A DNA stretch of 64,000 nucleotides from positions 9,114,001 to 9,178,000 of the forward strand of contig CM022670.1 of assembly GCA_012295275.1 (NCBI GenBank), given 5' to 3'. The stretch comes from Chrysomallon squamiferum. Lineage: Eukaryota; Animalia; Mollusca. Below, piece after piece: positions 27,901 through 42,875 of the stretch. Position numbers and translations under genes: made by a program. The notes below the pieces were generated by a model, which saw only the letters and a program-made list of their open reading frames with translations, ran no database searches and was not told the origin of the DNA. Every line of letters starts with the position of its first letter. The stretch's first letter is position 1.

Positions 27901-28621
27901 TTAAAACATGTTTGTAGAGTGTCTTTCTGTAACAGAATGTGCGAAAATACAAGACATCAACGGGAATAATGATAAAATTAAAGCAACTATTAAAGTAGTT
28001 TTAAAAACTATTCTTTTGGTCCTTTAAATATCTGTTAGCAGCGAGCGACTTTAATCGGTCTTTTATCACTGTTAGTATTTGCTTATCGATATAAAGCATC
28101 TTCAGTTTTCATCGTGACAGTGAAAAAAAAAAGTATAAATGTTTCTCGAATATCGAATCGAACATGGAGTCGAACATGTTGTTGAGCGAACTGTATAAAC
28201 CGATGATGATAACAAAGGTGTCTTTAAGTATTTTGGCTTACAACACTGAAAATAATTTTAACAGTACCGATATGTTATTTTAATTAAATAATAAAGGGCG
28301 ATAACGATTTCTTTCGGCAGTAACCTTTCTTTAAACTGCTTTTACATGCACAACTGAAAACACTGTTAACAGTACCTACATATAATTTTTATTCAATATA
28401 AAAATGTTTATTTTGTATGTAACCTTTTTGTAAATTGCTTTAAACAAGTCTTCGTGTTTAGTGAGATCAACGGAGAGGTTGTTCAGTTCTTCGAGGGCGT
28501 CCGAGTCAGCGCTGAGTTCTTCTTCGAACACGTCACACTGCACGTTCAGGTTTTCATCCTGATCATCTCGCATTGTGTGGATGACTTCCAAAATGTTCAG
28601 CGCTTTGAAAATAATAATAAC

Positions 28622-28661
<40 letters not shown>

Positions 28662-29517
28662 GATTTTTAAAAAGTAAAAAAAAAAAAAAAAAAAATATTA
28701 TTTTAGAAAACATGAAAACACTGTTGCTAATGTTATTGTTGTTGTTTTAAGTTCACTCATCTGTTTATTAGGAAAATAAAAGAAACCGAATTAATAATAA
28801 GACGAAGTAAATATTTTGTTTCAAATAATTAAAAAAAGAAACCACATTTCAATTGCTTTTTACAATGACATATTTATTACAATAAGTAGTTTAACTATCA
28901 TACTGTTATATTAATTTTTCAACGTAAATGAACTTTAATTACTCTTTTATGTACGAAGATGGCTGACGTACCAATGAATTCATTACGTATTCTCGTTCTG
29001 TCTCGGATGTTCTCGTTTGCAAAAATGATGGCGTTAATTAACGCCATGACGGTAGTCTTGTACGTTGTCAGGTCCGCCCGCTTCAGTTCGTTTATCAGGA
29101 GGCTGAACCGATAGTGCAGTTTCTGCCACGTCTGAAACAATTTCACATTTTAAGGTTAATTACTGATCTGGGAATTCTGTACAAGCGTCAAGCGACATAT
29201 AACGAATTAAAACAGAATTGAACAACACAGACAGGAAAGCTTTAATGGCAGCTTTGCAGTTTCCCAAAATAAAAAGACAGAACCATTTTCATATAAGTAA
29301 AACTAATACCGATAAAGAAGATTACAGTTATATTATTATTTCTGTCGTTGTCGTTGTGGTTGTTATGTAAGCTACACGAAAACGCCATGAGATATAGATA
29401 CAGTTTGTTGAAATGAAGTTGCTGCTTGTAAAATAAGTAAATAAAACAATAGTTAATGTTACGTATTTTTATTTAAAGACGAGTGTTGTTTAATTTATAT
29501 TCAATTTTTTTTTTTAT

Positions 29518-29548
<31 letters not shown>

Positions 29549-29897
29549 TATTTTTATTTATTTATTTATTTTTGTTTTGTTTTGATCTTTGCATTTTTAT
29601 ATATGTATACGTGTTCGAATGTAATGAGAAAAAATAATGGAAACGTTTGTTTAAAATAAAGAAGAAGAAATCTTCATTTTAATGGAAACCTTTTCTGTAC
29701 ATATCATGAGATATCTGAGCTAGTGCTTTCTATATATATTACAAATGCGATATCCCATTCAACTATTGTTACAGTGTGGCAGTTTGTTCTAGTACTAATA
29801 ACATGAACTAATTCGTTCATATTTTTTAGTAATTCACGAAAATACGAAAGCCTGCAGAGTGATATATGTATATATCTGTATATATACATACATATAT

Positions 29898-29937
<40 letters not shown>

Positions 29938-31691
29938 ATACACACGTACACACACTCATATAATGAACCCTCCTAACTGTACTTTTTGTTTTATTATTAA
30001 CTGTTGAGCTTTCTAGTTATGTAGATGAAAGAATCTGTTGTGTTCAGAACAATGAATCAGTAAGAACGTTTACAGCGTGTATTTATTTATGATACATTTA
30101 AACAACGTTGTACTTACAGAAGAAAACAGAATACTTGTAAATCGACTGTCAGTCTCTATATACGTACTGTGTGCAAATACAAATCGTATTTTATGGGTAC
30201 CAATAGTAAGATCAAAAGCTGTGTTCCAAAGTCATTAATATCTTCTTTGTGTGATTCGATCTCTCTGTTTACAAATTATATAATCAATTAATCTTTTTAA
30301 TTTTTTATTTTTTGAAAAAAAAGAAGAAAAAAAAAAAAAAGTAAAAGAAAAAGTTTTTCCGTGTTTTGAAATCAGACACTGTGCTCGGTCAAACCTAAGT
30401 TAGGTTTTCTATTCACGTGCTGCATACATAGCTCTTTTATTATTATATTTTTTTCAAATGCAGTTCTCTAAAACAAGACCATCTTTCATTTGCCCGGTGT
30501 CATAAATTATTCTGTCGACAGATGAGAAGAAATGTGTTTGTACAGTGTTGTGTCATTTATCATCGTGACTACTGTGGAGTTATTAAAAAATAATAATAAA
30601 ATAAATAAATAAATAAATGAAAATAAAAGAAAATAAAAGAAATAAGAAAGAAAGAAAGAAAGAAAAAGCCGGGAAATGGATAAAATATTTTTTCTGTTTA
30701 CATTTTTTCTTTTCTTATTTTTTTCTTTTTTCTTTTATTTAATTTTAATTAAAAAAAAAAAAAAAAAAAAAATTATTTGTCCAAAAAATTATGAAAAGGA
30801 GCATGAATTTGGGCCACAAACATTCAAAAGACTGGAAAATCGTTTATGTTTATCACAGACTCCATAATGAAATGTTAGTGCTATATTTAGCATTCTTAGT
30901 TTTTTGTTTTAAAAAACTTTTTTTCAGAAATTAATTCTAAACGCAATTATATTTCGAATATCATGATTCATACTTTCTGTATCACGTTACTTTAGCGTTA
31001 ACGCCTCGAACAAACCTTGGAATCTGACGTAGTGTGATAAATACAAGCTTCGAGATAAGATATAGATTAAACGGGTTTCCTCAATCTTATCATCTCAAAG
31101 ACTCTCTATGTCAATTTATACAAAACATTTATCCACAAAAACACATACCCACACACATTCCATTCGTTATTTTCAAATACATTTAAGTTAGTGTCAGGTA
31201 GAAAAATGTGAAACAACAAAAAAAATCGGAGATTGTTCCAGAATTTATAACGATAAAAACAATCAGTGAGTGCCAAGTACTGAAGTGATCTTCACGATCT
31301 GTCTGCAAGCCTTTGAAATGAACTAGCAGCGCCAGCAACACAACATCAAGGAGTGAGCCACGTTCAGCATGCGTGTTTGTATACTTATTTTTATATACAC
31401 ACAAGAACCAGTGCTATTTGTACGTATGTATGAATAGGTATATGTATGCAAGCATGTGTATTATATATTTGAATATTCTCTGTCTTAATTACGTATGATT
31501 AGACTCTGCACGCAGACAATATTCGGGAACGCACTGGCGCAGGAGGACAAAGTCCAATCACGACCCCACAAACCCGTCAGATGTCGCTGACGAGGCTCGA
31601 ACGCATGGCACCCATTCGCCCGACCTCCGAGGGCGGAGAACGTTATGATAAGCCATCAAGACAAACTTATATATATGTTTGAATGTTTGTA

Positions 31692-31734
<43 letters not shown>

Positions 31735-32164
31735 ATAAGTACAAAACATCTATTGACACGTACGTGTGTATGTATCTATATGCAAAAATGGATCGACAAT
31801 TTAACCCAACTACGTTCTAAAATAACTAATTATTTACAATGATATCATAAAGAATTTACCCACGACATTATTAATAACATACAAGTTATCATCACATGAT
31901 ACCAGACAAGCTTACTGTTGAGAAATATCATTACTGTACATAATCACATGTCCAGTGGGCGTATATATTGCCATCTTATAAAAACAGATATCTGCCCCTA
32001 ATACTTTGTCTAAGACAGCCGAAAACACACCGGTCAGTACCTTTAATATAACAAATACTGTATGTGCGTACATTTGTACGTATATATATAGGTATCTTTG
32101 TGTATGTTGGATTGTGTGTATTTGTATGTGTGTGTATGATGTACGTTTCTATACAACATGTTTC

Positions 32165-32196
<32 letters not shown>

Positions 32197-32521
32197 GTGA
32201 GTGTGTTTGTGTATTTATGTATGTGTGTATGTGTGTATGTGTGTATGTGTATATATATATTAATGTGTGTGTGTATGCGAGTCTGGTGTGTATAGGTGGA
32301 TGTGGGCGTTTGTATAGAGTGTATGTGTGTATATTTAATAATACACGTGTTTGTGTATGTGTATGTATGTATGTATGTATGATGTATGATGATGATGATG
32401 ATGATGATGATAAAGTATATAGAAACGGGAGAGTATAGGGATAAATATATGAACATTCAAGAAAAGCGCTCACACACATACACACATATTTTTATTATGA
32501 TCATTATTACTGCTGCTGCTG

Positions 32522-32603
<82 letters not shown>

Positions 32604-35600
32604 TTCCAGTCATGTATGGAAAAATGTCAGGACCGAATTCAACGACGTCGGTAAAACTAAGAAGACTGCGGTTTTGTAGAAATCTTTCACTTCCTGCCAT
32701 CTTCATTCTGCTCATTTTCGGAATCTGTGTTGTGTCCTTAGAGAAATATCTTATCAGACACAGATTCTACTCGTTCTATCGCGGCGATGTCATTGACGTC
32801 AGTGACGTCGTTGTGGATTTTTCCACTAGGTTATGCGAAGGGTATCAGATGGATCCTTTTTTACCGGCAGACGTCTATCTCCTACCACACAAAGCCAGCA
32901 TTGATCGGGTGAAAAGAAAAGTTTCTACACAACAGTACAGAAACTTGTATTCAAATGTACACTTCAAGTATCAGGCTATGACTTTACTGGAAGGGTCAAA
33001 AATTTCGGCGACTGGGTGCAGAAAGAAAAGCGGTTCTTCCCTTAACGCACGCGCAGCCATGTTTCTTCTCAAGGGAGGCTACTTTTGGCAAGCATGGCGA
33101 AATTACCAAAAGTGCGAAAAATGCATAACAGAAAAGGTAACTATAGAAGACGACCAGTTTTGCGATCAAGGAAGAAAGCGAACCTGCAGTACTTGGTAAC
33201 TGACAAGGGAACTTACTATCTAGCCATCGCACGTGATAACCCAGATGACATTTTTATGACGTCGTATTTCGAAGCTTCCGTCACGCTAAACCGAACTGTT
33301 CTAAATGTTACCAAGGCAACTGATTCGTGCCTGAAGACAACCAACTGTTCTTTGAAACTGAATTACAATTCTGACCAAGACGTCGTGGTGGACATGTCAG
33401 ACGACGGCATTCTCGACATGGATTTTGTATCACACTGCCAGCCACGAGTGATGTTCTGGGTGGGGGTATTCGCCATTTTCCCAGTGACACTCATACTTCT
33501 GCTGGTAGTGTGCTGTTGCTGCTACTACCATCGCACATGAAGGATGAAGAATTACGAAAGTGACTTCAAGGCATTAATATCTTAGAACGTGTACGTAGTT
33601 TCAGACAAAAACATAAATTAATAAACAGTCGCACTGTCCCTCTTGATTACAGTGATATATGTGGAAATGTTAAAGTTGTTAAGACATAAGGCTCCAAATT
33701 TATTTTAAAATATATTTTCAGATACTTTCTACAACGTTACAAATTTAGAACTATCGTCATTTTTTTTTTTTTTTTTTTTTGTAATTACACTGATCAGTTT
33801 TCCTGTATCCGAAATGCTAAATTATTTTCAGATATTTTCCACTGCGTAACCAATTTAGAACTGCATTTTCATTTATACCTGAACCGATCAACTATTTGCT
33901 TATCCTAAATGCTTGTGGATAAAGCATCTTCTGTAAGGAAAATATTAAACAGGACATGTATCACGTATACGTTAAGCTAATTATAACTGTAAATTATATC
34001 AAATTAAAGTGAAACTGTTTTATTTTTATTTTTTTTTATTTTTTACTCTTCTTTGAAGTAAAAATATAAATAAACATTTCGGTTGTAATTATAGACAGGT
34101 ATTTTGTACACGTGTCAAACTGAAGAACAGTATAGTAATATAAGCCACAAATAATTTATCACCAACAGCGTTATTTATATATTATTTGGAGCATGCCTTT
34201 GCATACATATATGTATAAATATGAATGTATGTAAAGGCAATGATCCAGATGCAGTCATGCAGGCAGGGTGGGCGGGGAGGGAAACGCAGATAAAAATATA
34301 ATAAAATACAACAGGTTTGCTATTTAACCTAAAATATTAATTAATGACTGATAATTATAAATGTGATGATTATGACGATGACAACAACAACAACAAAAAT
34401 AACTTTATATATGTTAGTAAAAAAGTTAAGGAACATTTGCTACACATTCATCAGAGTTTTAACCACATGATTACAATTAAGAAAATAATTATGGCGGTAA
34501 AAAATGACAGGGAAAGTTACAGTCTATAACTTTTTTTTTCACAGCAAATATCCTGTTAAATGTTTTCTGCAATCCATAGCAAAACATTAAAAATCAGAGC
34601 CAGTCTTTATAATGCTGGCGATTGCCCCAAGCAGTTAAATGTATTTGAGGTTTATTAAATTTAGTTATCGTGTTTCAGAGATCACCAAGAAACTGAATAG
34701 TTCTTCCACACAGTTTTATCTTTTTATTATTTCTAATTGTCTGTAAGATATTTCACGATCATCATAACCGTCGTTGTCGTCGTCATCGTCATCATCATCA
34801 TCATCATCATCATCATCGTCGTCATTATTCTTATCAGTAATAGTAGTAATAATAATGGTAGCTGCAGAAGTTGTAGTTGTTAGTGTAGTTGTAGCTGTTG
34901 TTGTAGAAGTACAAACAATAGTATTTGTTAAATGAACAATATAACGGTGTTAGGTGTTGTATTGTTGTAGCTGTATTAGTGTGTAGTAGTAATCATAGCT
35001 GAAGCAGTCACAATAGTGAATTAGAAGACGAAATATGAATGTAATAGAATTCCTTGTTGTTGTTTTTCTTGTTGTGCTGATGTATTATTGTTAAGATCAT
35101 TATTTTCATGTTTATCTGAGAACATTCTTTTTAATTTTAATTTTAATTTTAATACAACAGATTTATGATATCTTTCGTACACACTCAGCTTTAAAAGATA
35201 CCTACAATATATACTTTTTAACATCATCATCATCATTGTTATTTGTAAATTCACGTAAATCGCTGAATTAATTTACATATATATATAATAAGTAAATCGC
35301 TGAATTTTAATTTACATATATATAAAATAAGGTTAATATGTCTGTTTAAACGAATAAATGAAACATGTACAATAACATAAATAAAACATCCAATATACAG
35401 TAACTGTGCACAATAAGTTTAACACGATATGCAGATCGCCTAAGGCAGAATAAAAACTTTTTAAAAAAACCCACCACACCTATGCCTTCTACGTGTGTAA
35501 TAAACGATCTGATTTATTCAGGATAATATTAAAATTTAAATACAACAGATTTCTGATGTCTTCCGCACACACCCAGCTTTAAATGACACCTACAGTATAC

Positions 35601-36119
35601 ACTTTCTGTCGTCAAGCATTTAATACGCTGACATTAAACACAGTACTTACCTTATACCTCTCTAGTGCATCCAGAGTTAAGTAATAGCCGTCGTGTGAAT
35701 ACACACAGAGGGCTGATAGTAACTCGAATATCTGCATCTTGACCATCACGTTGTTAGTTTCCAGAGCTGTAATATAAAAAAATTGAAATAAGTTTTAACA
35801 GACTGTATCAGTGGTATTTTATGTAAGTAAGAAAAGTTTATAAATTAATTTACGATTGCGTTATATCTCGCTCATGTATGGAAAAAAAAAAGAAAAAGTG
35901 TATTAGTAATAAATAAAATAACATAAATAGTGTACTCATTAATTATCAAGTTTGTCTGTTAGAGGTAATCTTATTATCTCTCCCAGTCTTTCTCCCCCGA
36001 CTCTGTCTCTGTCTCTGTCTCTGCCTGTCTGTCTCTCTGTCTCTGTCTCTGTCTCTGTCTCTGTCTCTGTCTGTCTGTCTCTCTGTCTCTGTCTCTGTCT
36101 CTGTCTGTCTGTCTCTCTG

Positions 36120-36179
<60 letters not shown>

Positions 36180-39100
36180 CACACTATAGGTGTTTTTTTT
36201 TTTTAATATTTACACACATATAGGTGGGTTTTTTTTTTTAAATATTTACCTTCATAGTATTATCACAGTTTAAAATAAATTTACATAACAGGAAATAAAT
36301 TAGTCTTTTTATTTTTTTTTTTTTTTTTTTTTATATTTTCCATTATGTAAAACATTCTACAAACAAAAATAATAAATTAAAAATTGTATGATCCGTCAAG
36401 CGACAGAATTTTAAGTGTGAATTTATCGCCAACAGAAACGATAAATCATTTAAATACGGTTACTAATATTACTCTCAATGTGTTTTATATTCCTCCGTTT
36501 ATTTTTTTTAATTATTATTATTATTTTTTTAAATTTTAATTGTCGAAAAGAAAATTATATATTCGGTCTTAGAACAAAAATCGACATTTCTGTGCCATTA
36601 AAACGCATAACCTATAAAGTTACTATAAATCATTAAAACCTACTTTTTTAATATATTCAATCTATTTAAAGATTACTAATTATTTTCTTTTGGAGAAAAA
36701 TAATAATGAAAAGAAAAAAAAAAAAAACAACAACAACGAAGACTAAGAATAAAATTTAAAAAGAAAATAATCTTCACAGATAATTCCTCAAACTGTCTGA
36801 AAAAAACAACTCTCAGGAACAATTAAAATCTAATTTTAAACAAACTTCCTGGTCTCTGGTATTTATCTTCAAATAAAAAGTCTTCCTGGTGGAAAACAAA
36901 CGAGATCTGAAACAATTTCTCTCTGCTTTAACGTCTGTGTAATTTGATTTATTTTTTGTCAGCTTTGTCTTGCTCACCAATATAAATTACGATTTGATTA
37001 GTTCTAAAATAATTCTATTATTCTCTGTAAGAAAATATGTTTTCTTCTAATTCAAAGCCAGATTTTTATTTATTTATTTATTTATTTTCTAAATTGAGTA
37101 TATTCATTCCAAATACATTGTTAATCCGATACTGCTGATGGTTGCTAGGCTATATTGATGTAAACAGTCAAGTTTAATTCTGAAAATGGTATAGTTTTAC
37201 GAACAGTTAGTTAGCTGTAAACTATTCCAGGATGCCTTGATTGGTTTTCTCAACATCTTTCTTGTCACAAGAAGATACTTGAGTAAAGAGGCACCAATTA
37301 ATGAATATTTGATTAAGACTAAATATTATCAGGTGTCAGGGTTTGTTTAATGATTATAAAATGCAGGAACTCGCTACCGCTTTTCCACGGTGCAGGCTAC
37401 TCTTAACGTTTATCAAAATGATCATTTTAATAAGCGAGTCACGCAGCACTAGTTGGAACGAGAAACAACCCAGTAGATGATCGTATGAACATTATTATCC
37501 AGAGACAGATATGTAACAATTAACAATTATCAGTGCGATACGTAAACCTTACTAGATAGAACAGAACAAAACAATCTTTCCATTAGATTCATTTTACAAT
37601 TGTTTGTTCGTCTTGGTCTTTAGTACGGCAGTTTGCAACCCGACACTAACCAATTACTTCAGGTAATTTGTAGCATGAAGCTCGGTCTGGCGATAACACT
37701 GATTGAATTAATGGCGACACTCGGCTAAGACAGAGACCAGAGGTCAGCTGTAATGTGATGTGTTGGGGCAGGTACAGAACGTGTTCACTTCTGTAATCAA
37801 AGATTCGCGTTTAGCCTTAAAACAGGTGTGAAAATGAAGCTGATCTGCAGATCGTGACCGTGACTCAAACGTCAGACAGAAAGGAGTTAAAAAATAAGAT
37901 TGTGCTTATTACTTCCAGATTCCAGTTCCTGGCAGAACGGTGACCATCTTGCACTTGGCATAAAATAGACCGTAGTAATAGAAAAGAAAACAAATGAAGA
38001 AGATGGAGTATGCTGGGGAATGTTTTTGATAGATGACGAGAAAAGGAAAAGCAGTAACAGAAAAGAGAACGAGTTATAAGACGGGAAAGATAGCTGTAGT
38101 AGCATATGTTTGTTTTTTTTTTGTTTTTTTTGTTTTGTTTTTTCATAGATAAAAGATAGAACTGTAACGATCAGAATGTGTGTACGAGTGTCTACGCTTC
38201 ATATATTTGTGTGTCAGTATGAGTATGAATGGTCAGATACTGCGTACGACAGTGCATGTGTATGCACATGCATGTAAATAAGGAAATTTGTTTAATAACA
38301 CCATTAGAACATTTTAATTAAAGTTTCCATTATCAGCTTTTAAAATCAAACATTTGGAAAGCGTGTCATTTAATCTTCAAAGAAAACATACAGGCTTAGA
38401 GATAGCGGTAAATAAAAAATAAATAAAAATAAAAAAGTAAAAAATAAAAAAAATGCATATGCACTCAAACTCATGCATGTTCAAAATGTTCAGAGACATA
38501 TATCTTAAACTTTCAGAGGTACACACACATTACAGACCTATACTAGGTGATAAAAATGAGAAAACTACCACAGATCTGTTTTACTTTTTCTCGTAGATCG
38601 TCTTTCTCGCAAATTATTTATTTAATGACATAAAATTTAACGGCTTGCACTAGAATCTGCTAGACATAAGAAAACACATCACACATTTTCTGTTTCCAAA
38701 TGTCAACAGCTGATGCTAATATTACTTCTGATACATCAGATTTGAAACACCATCTGCCGTGTTACGTTTAATGCATCACAAAATGTCATTGTTTGGATGC
38801 AGAGTGTTTTATTTCACTGCAGTCTGAACAACGCAAATTAATTTTACCAAAACGTCAACTCAACGCCATTGATACCTCGTACTAAAGACGCTTTAACCAT
38901 TCATCCTGGGGAATAAAGAGAATAAGAATTAAGTTGCATTTTTCGTTTTGAATCTCTGAAGATTTTATTTAAATGGATTTTAGGTATTGGTTCAGTATAA
39001 CTTTGATTAATAATATAGTTCAAACCAGTGAGTTTGACTATTATCAAAGAATGAATAAAAGTATAAATGATACAAACTATGTGAATGAATGAATGAATGA

Positions 39101-42100
39101 ATGTCTAATGACATCACAGCACCAAAAAAAAAAAAAAAAAAAAATAATTAAAAAAAAAAAAAATATATATAGGCTACTGGGTATCAAACAACGGTAAATA
39201 TAACAATGATAAAAAATACCTTGTAAAGAGTTGTTCAAAAAGTATTAGAGTTTATTTAAATTATAATGTATGGTAAAATTCTGTAACTTTCAGAAATTTT
39301 AAAACAAGTTCTGGATGGAATCGAAATGAATATATTTTATGATGAAGAGTGAGTGAGTGACTGACTGATTGAATGAATGAATGAATGAATGAATAGAATT
39401 ATTCTAATGGTCTGAATGAATGAATAATTAATTATAATATATTATGTATCAAACGCATGGTTTTCAAAAACGAAAAAACGAAAAAACCAAAAGGAAAAAG
39501 AAAACTCCTACTGCCTTATAAACAACATTTGACAATTGAGAGCAGGTGACAGCAGGTGACTTTGTTTTATGTACCTTCCAATATAGACAGGAAGTATATA
39601 TATACCACATCTTTTGATAAATCAGTAGTTGTTTCAACGACCTGTTTAAGGTCAACATGGCCCTCGAATTACAACTATTATGTGATATACGAAATTTAGG
39701 ATTTTTATAAATTCATTCCCAGTGTGATATCATTAATATTTTATAATGTTAAGAGAGAACGAATATAAATATACACCTGTTATTTATTTTATGGCTATTC
39801 ATGATTCGGTATAAAAATATATATGCACAGCGAAAAGAATATAGTATTATTTTGTTGTTATATTCATATTTAGGCATTTAACCTCTTGATTTCGTCCATT
39901 TTAGGGCCAACATGAGATCTAGACTGCAGTATTCGTTCTAGAGCTCTAGAACAATCATGCCCAGTGTAATGTAACAGACTCACGCGCGCGCTCGCGCACT
40001 CATATACATATACATACAAATGCACATTCATGCATATACACATACACTTGATCACATTTACGTATATACAGGGACACATACATACACATATCCAGGCGCT
40101 CGCACATTATTATTATTATTTTTTTTTTTTTTTATAAAATCGCCTAATAAAATAGTTCATTTCATTATATGCATGTAATTTATTTTTCAAAGTAGACTAC
40201 AATTCACGGTACAGTATACCAGTCTGGCTGGAATATACAGTTAATTATTAAACTATGGATGAAGGAAAAAGTACATTTTCATATCGTAGAATAACGTTTT
40301 ATTTATTCTTAGTAAACTTCCTTGTGTGTTGAATACTATAGAAAAACAAATGTTATAAGCACAACTGCTATCAGTTACGAGTCATAAGCTTAAGACATAC
40401 AACATCTGACTGTCAACGTTTGTAAAGGTGTACACTAATGATGTTGACATTAGGCGGCAAGTAAATAGGTGCTTGATATCGATATTAAATTAATTTAACA
40501 TTTGTCGGCTAAGAAAAATTCACTACAAACACAGCCAGATCCGTGCTGATGTCGCAGATTTAGTACATAATAGAAACGAACTGTTGGGTTCAAAGTCTTT
40601 TACTGTGGTACGAACAATAGAATACATATACAGAATATTTCATCTTTGAGTTTTTTTCCCTCGATACTAGCAGTGGTTAGTAATAAAGTGTGGTTGTAAC
40701 ATATAATTAGTGCACTAGGATGGGCCACGGTCATCATTTCCACCCTTCATGCATTTATTTCCGCGCTCATATGCACAGCAAATAAATAATATATACATAT
40801 ATATATATTAAAAAAAAAAAAATAAAAAAAATTAGACAACATGACATACTCAGAGATAAGGCAAGTTCGCCGGACGTAAAAATTCACTAGGATGGATAAA
40901 TAAATAAGCAAAAATGAATAAATCATTAGCAGTGTTGATCTCTCTATCAGAGTATCAGTTTACTGCAAAGCTTCTTAATTAAAAAGAAGAAAAACGCCGG
41001 CCTCCATATTATACTTTTATTTGATATTACTGAGAACAGCTGATGTCAAGTCAGAAATAAAATCATCACTTGGTTGCACATAAAACACACGCAGGCTGTA
41101 TATTTCTCACCTCAGTAGAGACATAATACTAGGAAAAAACAAACCCGTGAACATGCCGGAATAATATCTTTTTCACCGCAGTTTGTAAAGGCTATTATAA
41201 ACATTTCATGTCGATTATTTGTAAAATGTTCTCTTGAAGGATAGTTATTAACGAGTTTGGGTAACCAAATATGACTGCAGTGCAAACAATAATATTTGTA
41301 TCCTATTCACAGTAATAAATCCTCCTCGTGTTCGCCAGAGATAACACACTGAATGGTCATTTACTCGCATAAAAGAGATGCTACACGAACCTTCTAGAAT
41401 CCCAGCTGGGCAAGGTGAGTGTGCCAGTATTTTTTATTTTTTTTTTTTTTTTTGAAATACGCTTCTGCAGCAAAAATACACGTCATCCTCTGGAATTTGA
41501 TGATCTAAACCCATCTTCCGAAAGAATATGATGCAAAGGTTATGTACTTATTACTAAAGCAACAACAAAACAAATCCTTTTTGCTCGATAGCAGCTTCAA
41601 ACGTTACATATGACTATAAACCTCAGTCTATATTCGTCCATACTGTGAAAGTATATTTCTATCACCTAACAACATTCTTGTGTCGCTACTCGTAGACTCA
41701 TCTTCCCTGTATTTGGATCTGGGTTTTTTTGTTGTTGTTTTAAGAGATGAATGATACACAAACTCAGAATGTATACATACTCGAAAACAGACTATAGACT
41801 GCTCTCTACATCTTTATATAATCTGATATCAGTCAAAATAAGAAGGTAAATATAAATGCCAACGAGATTCTCAATAGTTGTATGTGTACACATGCACACA
41901 TAATACAATGATACATACTTATATACATACATACAAAAAAACACACGCATGCCCATATTTTCAGTTAAATATAAATTATAACTAGTTAATTAGATGTACA
42001 TATGTATAATTTAGGTGAACTTTTTTTTTTTTTGCAAATGTTGAATAATATTCATTATTAATTTATGTGAAGGCACAGACTAACGCATGTCTAACATCAT

Positions 42101-42834
42101 TACATGTACTGTTTATATCTACTTGCCAATGTTTCACTAAAAATAAACAACCATTTTTAATAGGTATAAACGTATCTGCATAAAAGTTTACTGAAACCAG
42201 TAACTAAGTGGTTAGAAAGCTGTGTGTTGAGTGAACTCGAACGAGTTATTTAAGTAAGGATGATTTATTTATTTACAAGTAAACAGATTAGTTTCCAGCG
42301 AGTTTATTTACAACGATCAAGAAAGATAACAAACTGGAATTTATTATTCTTTTTCATTCAAGGATGGAAAAGAAAAACGAAAAAAAAACCCACAAAAAAA
42401 ACGAAAAAAAAAGAAAAAAGAATCCCCTAAAAAATAACACAACATAGATAATGTAGAATTTAACAAAATTTTATACTCAGATTCGTGACACGCTGAAAGG
42501 CAAGTCCTAAACCATAAAACACATCCCTTGGTTTGGGCTAATGGTAATATTATTGGAATTCATTAAGTAGTTTATGATGATGAAGTTCAGTGGCTAGAGA
42601 GAACAGTTTTAAGTCTGAATAAGTCCTAGTCAGTGAACCCACTGGGCTGTTTCCCATTCTAGCCAGTGTCTCGTGACGATTTTAACAAAGATTATGGTAT
42701 GTGCGTCCATGCCTACAGGAAGCAGCATGTAAAAGATATATCGTGTTGATCGACAAGTCAACCCGTGTCTAATGTTAATAGAATTAACACCTATAAATAA
42801 TATTTACACACATGTACACACATACAGGATAATG

Positions 42835-42875
<41 letters not shown>

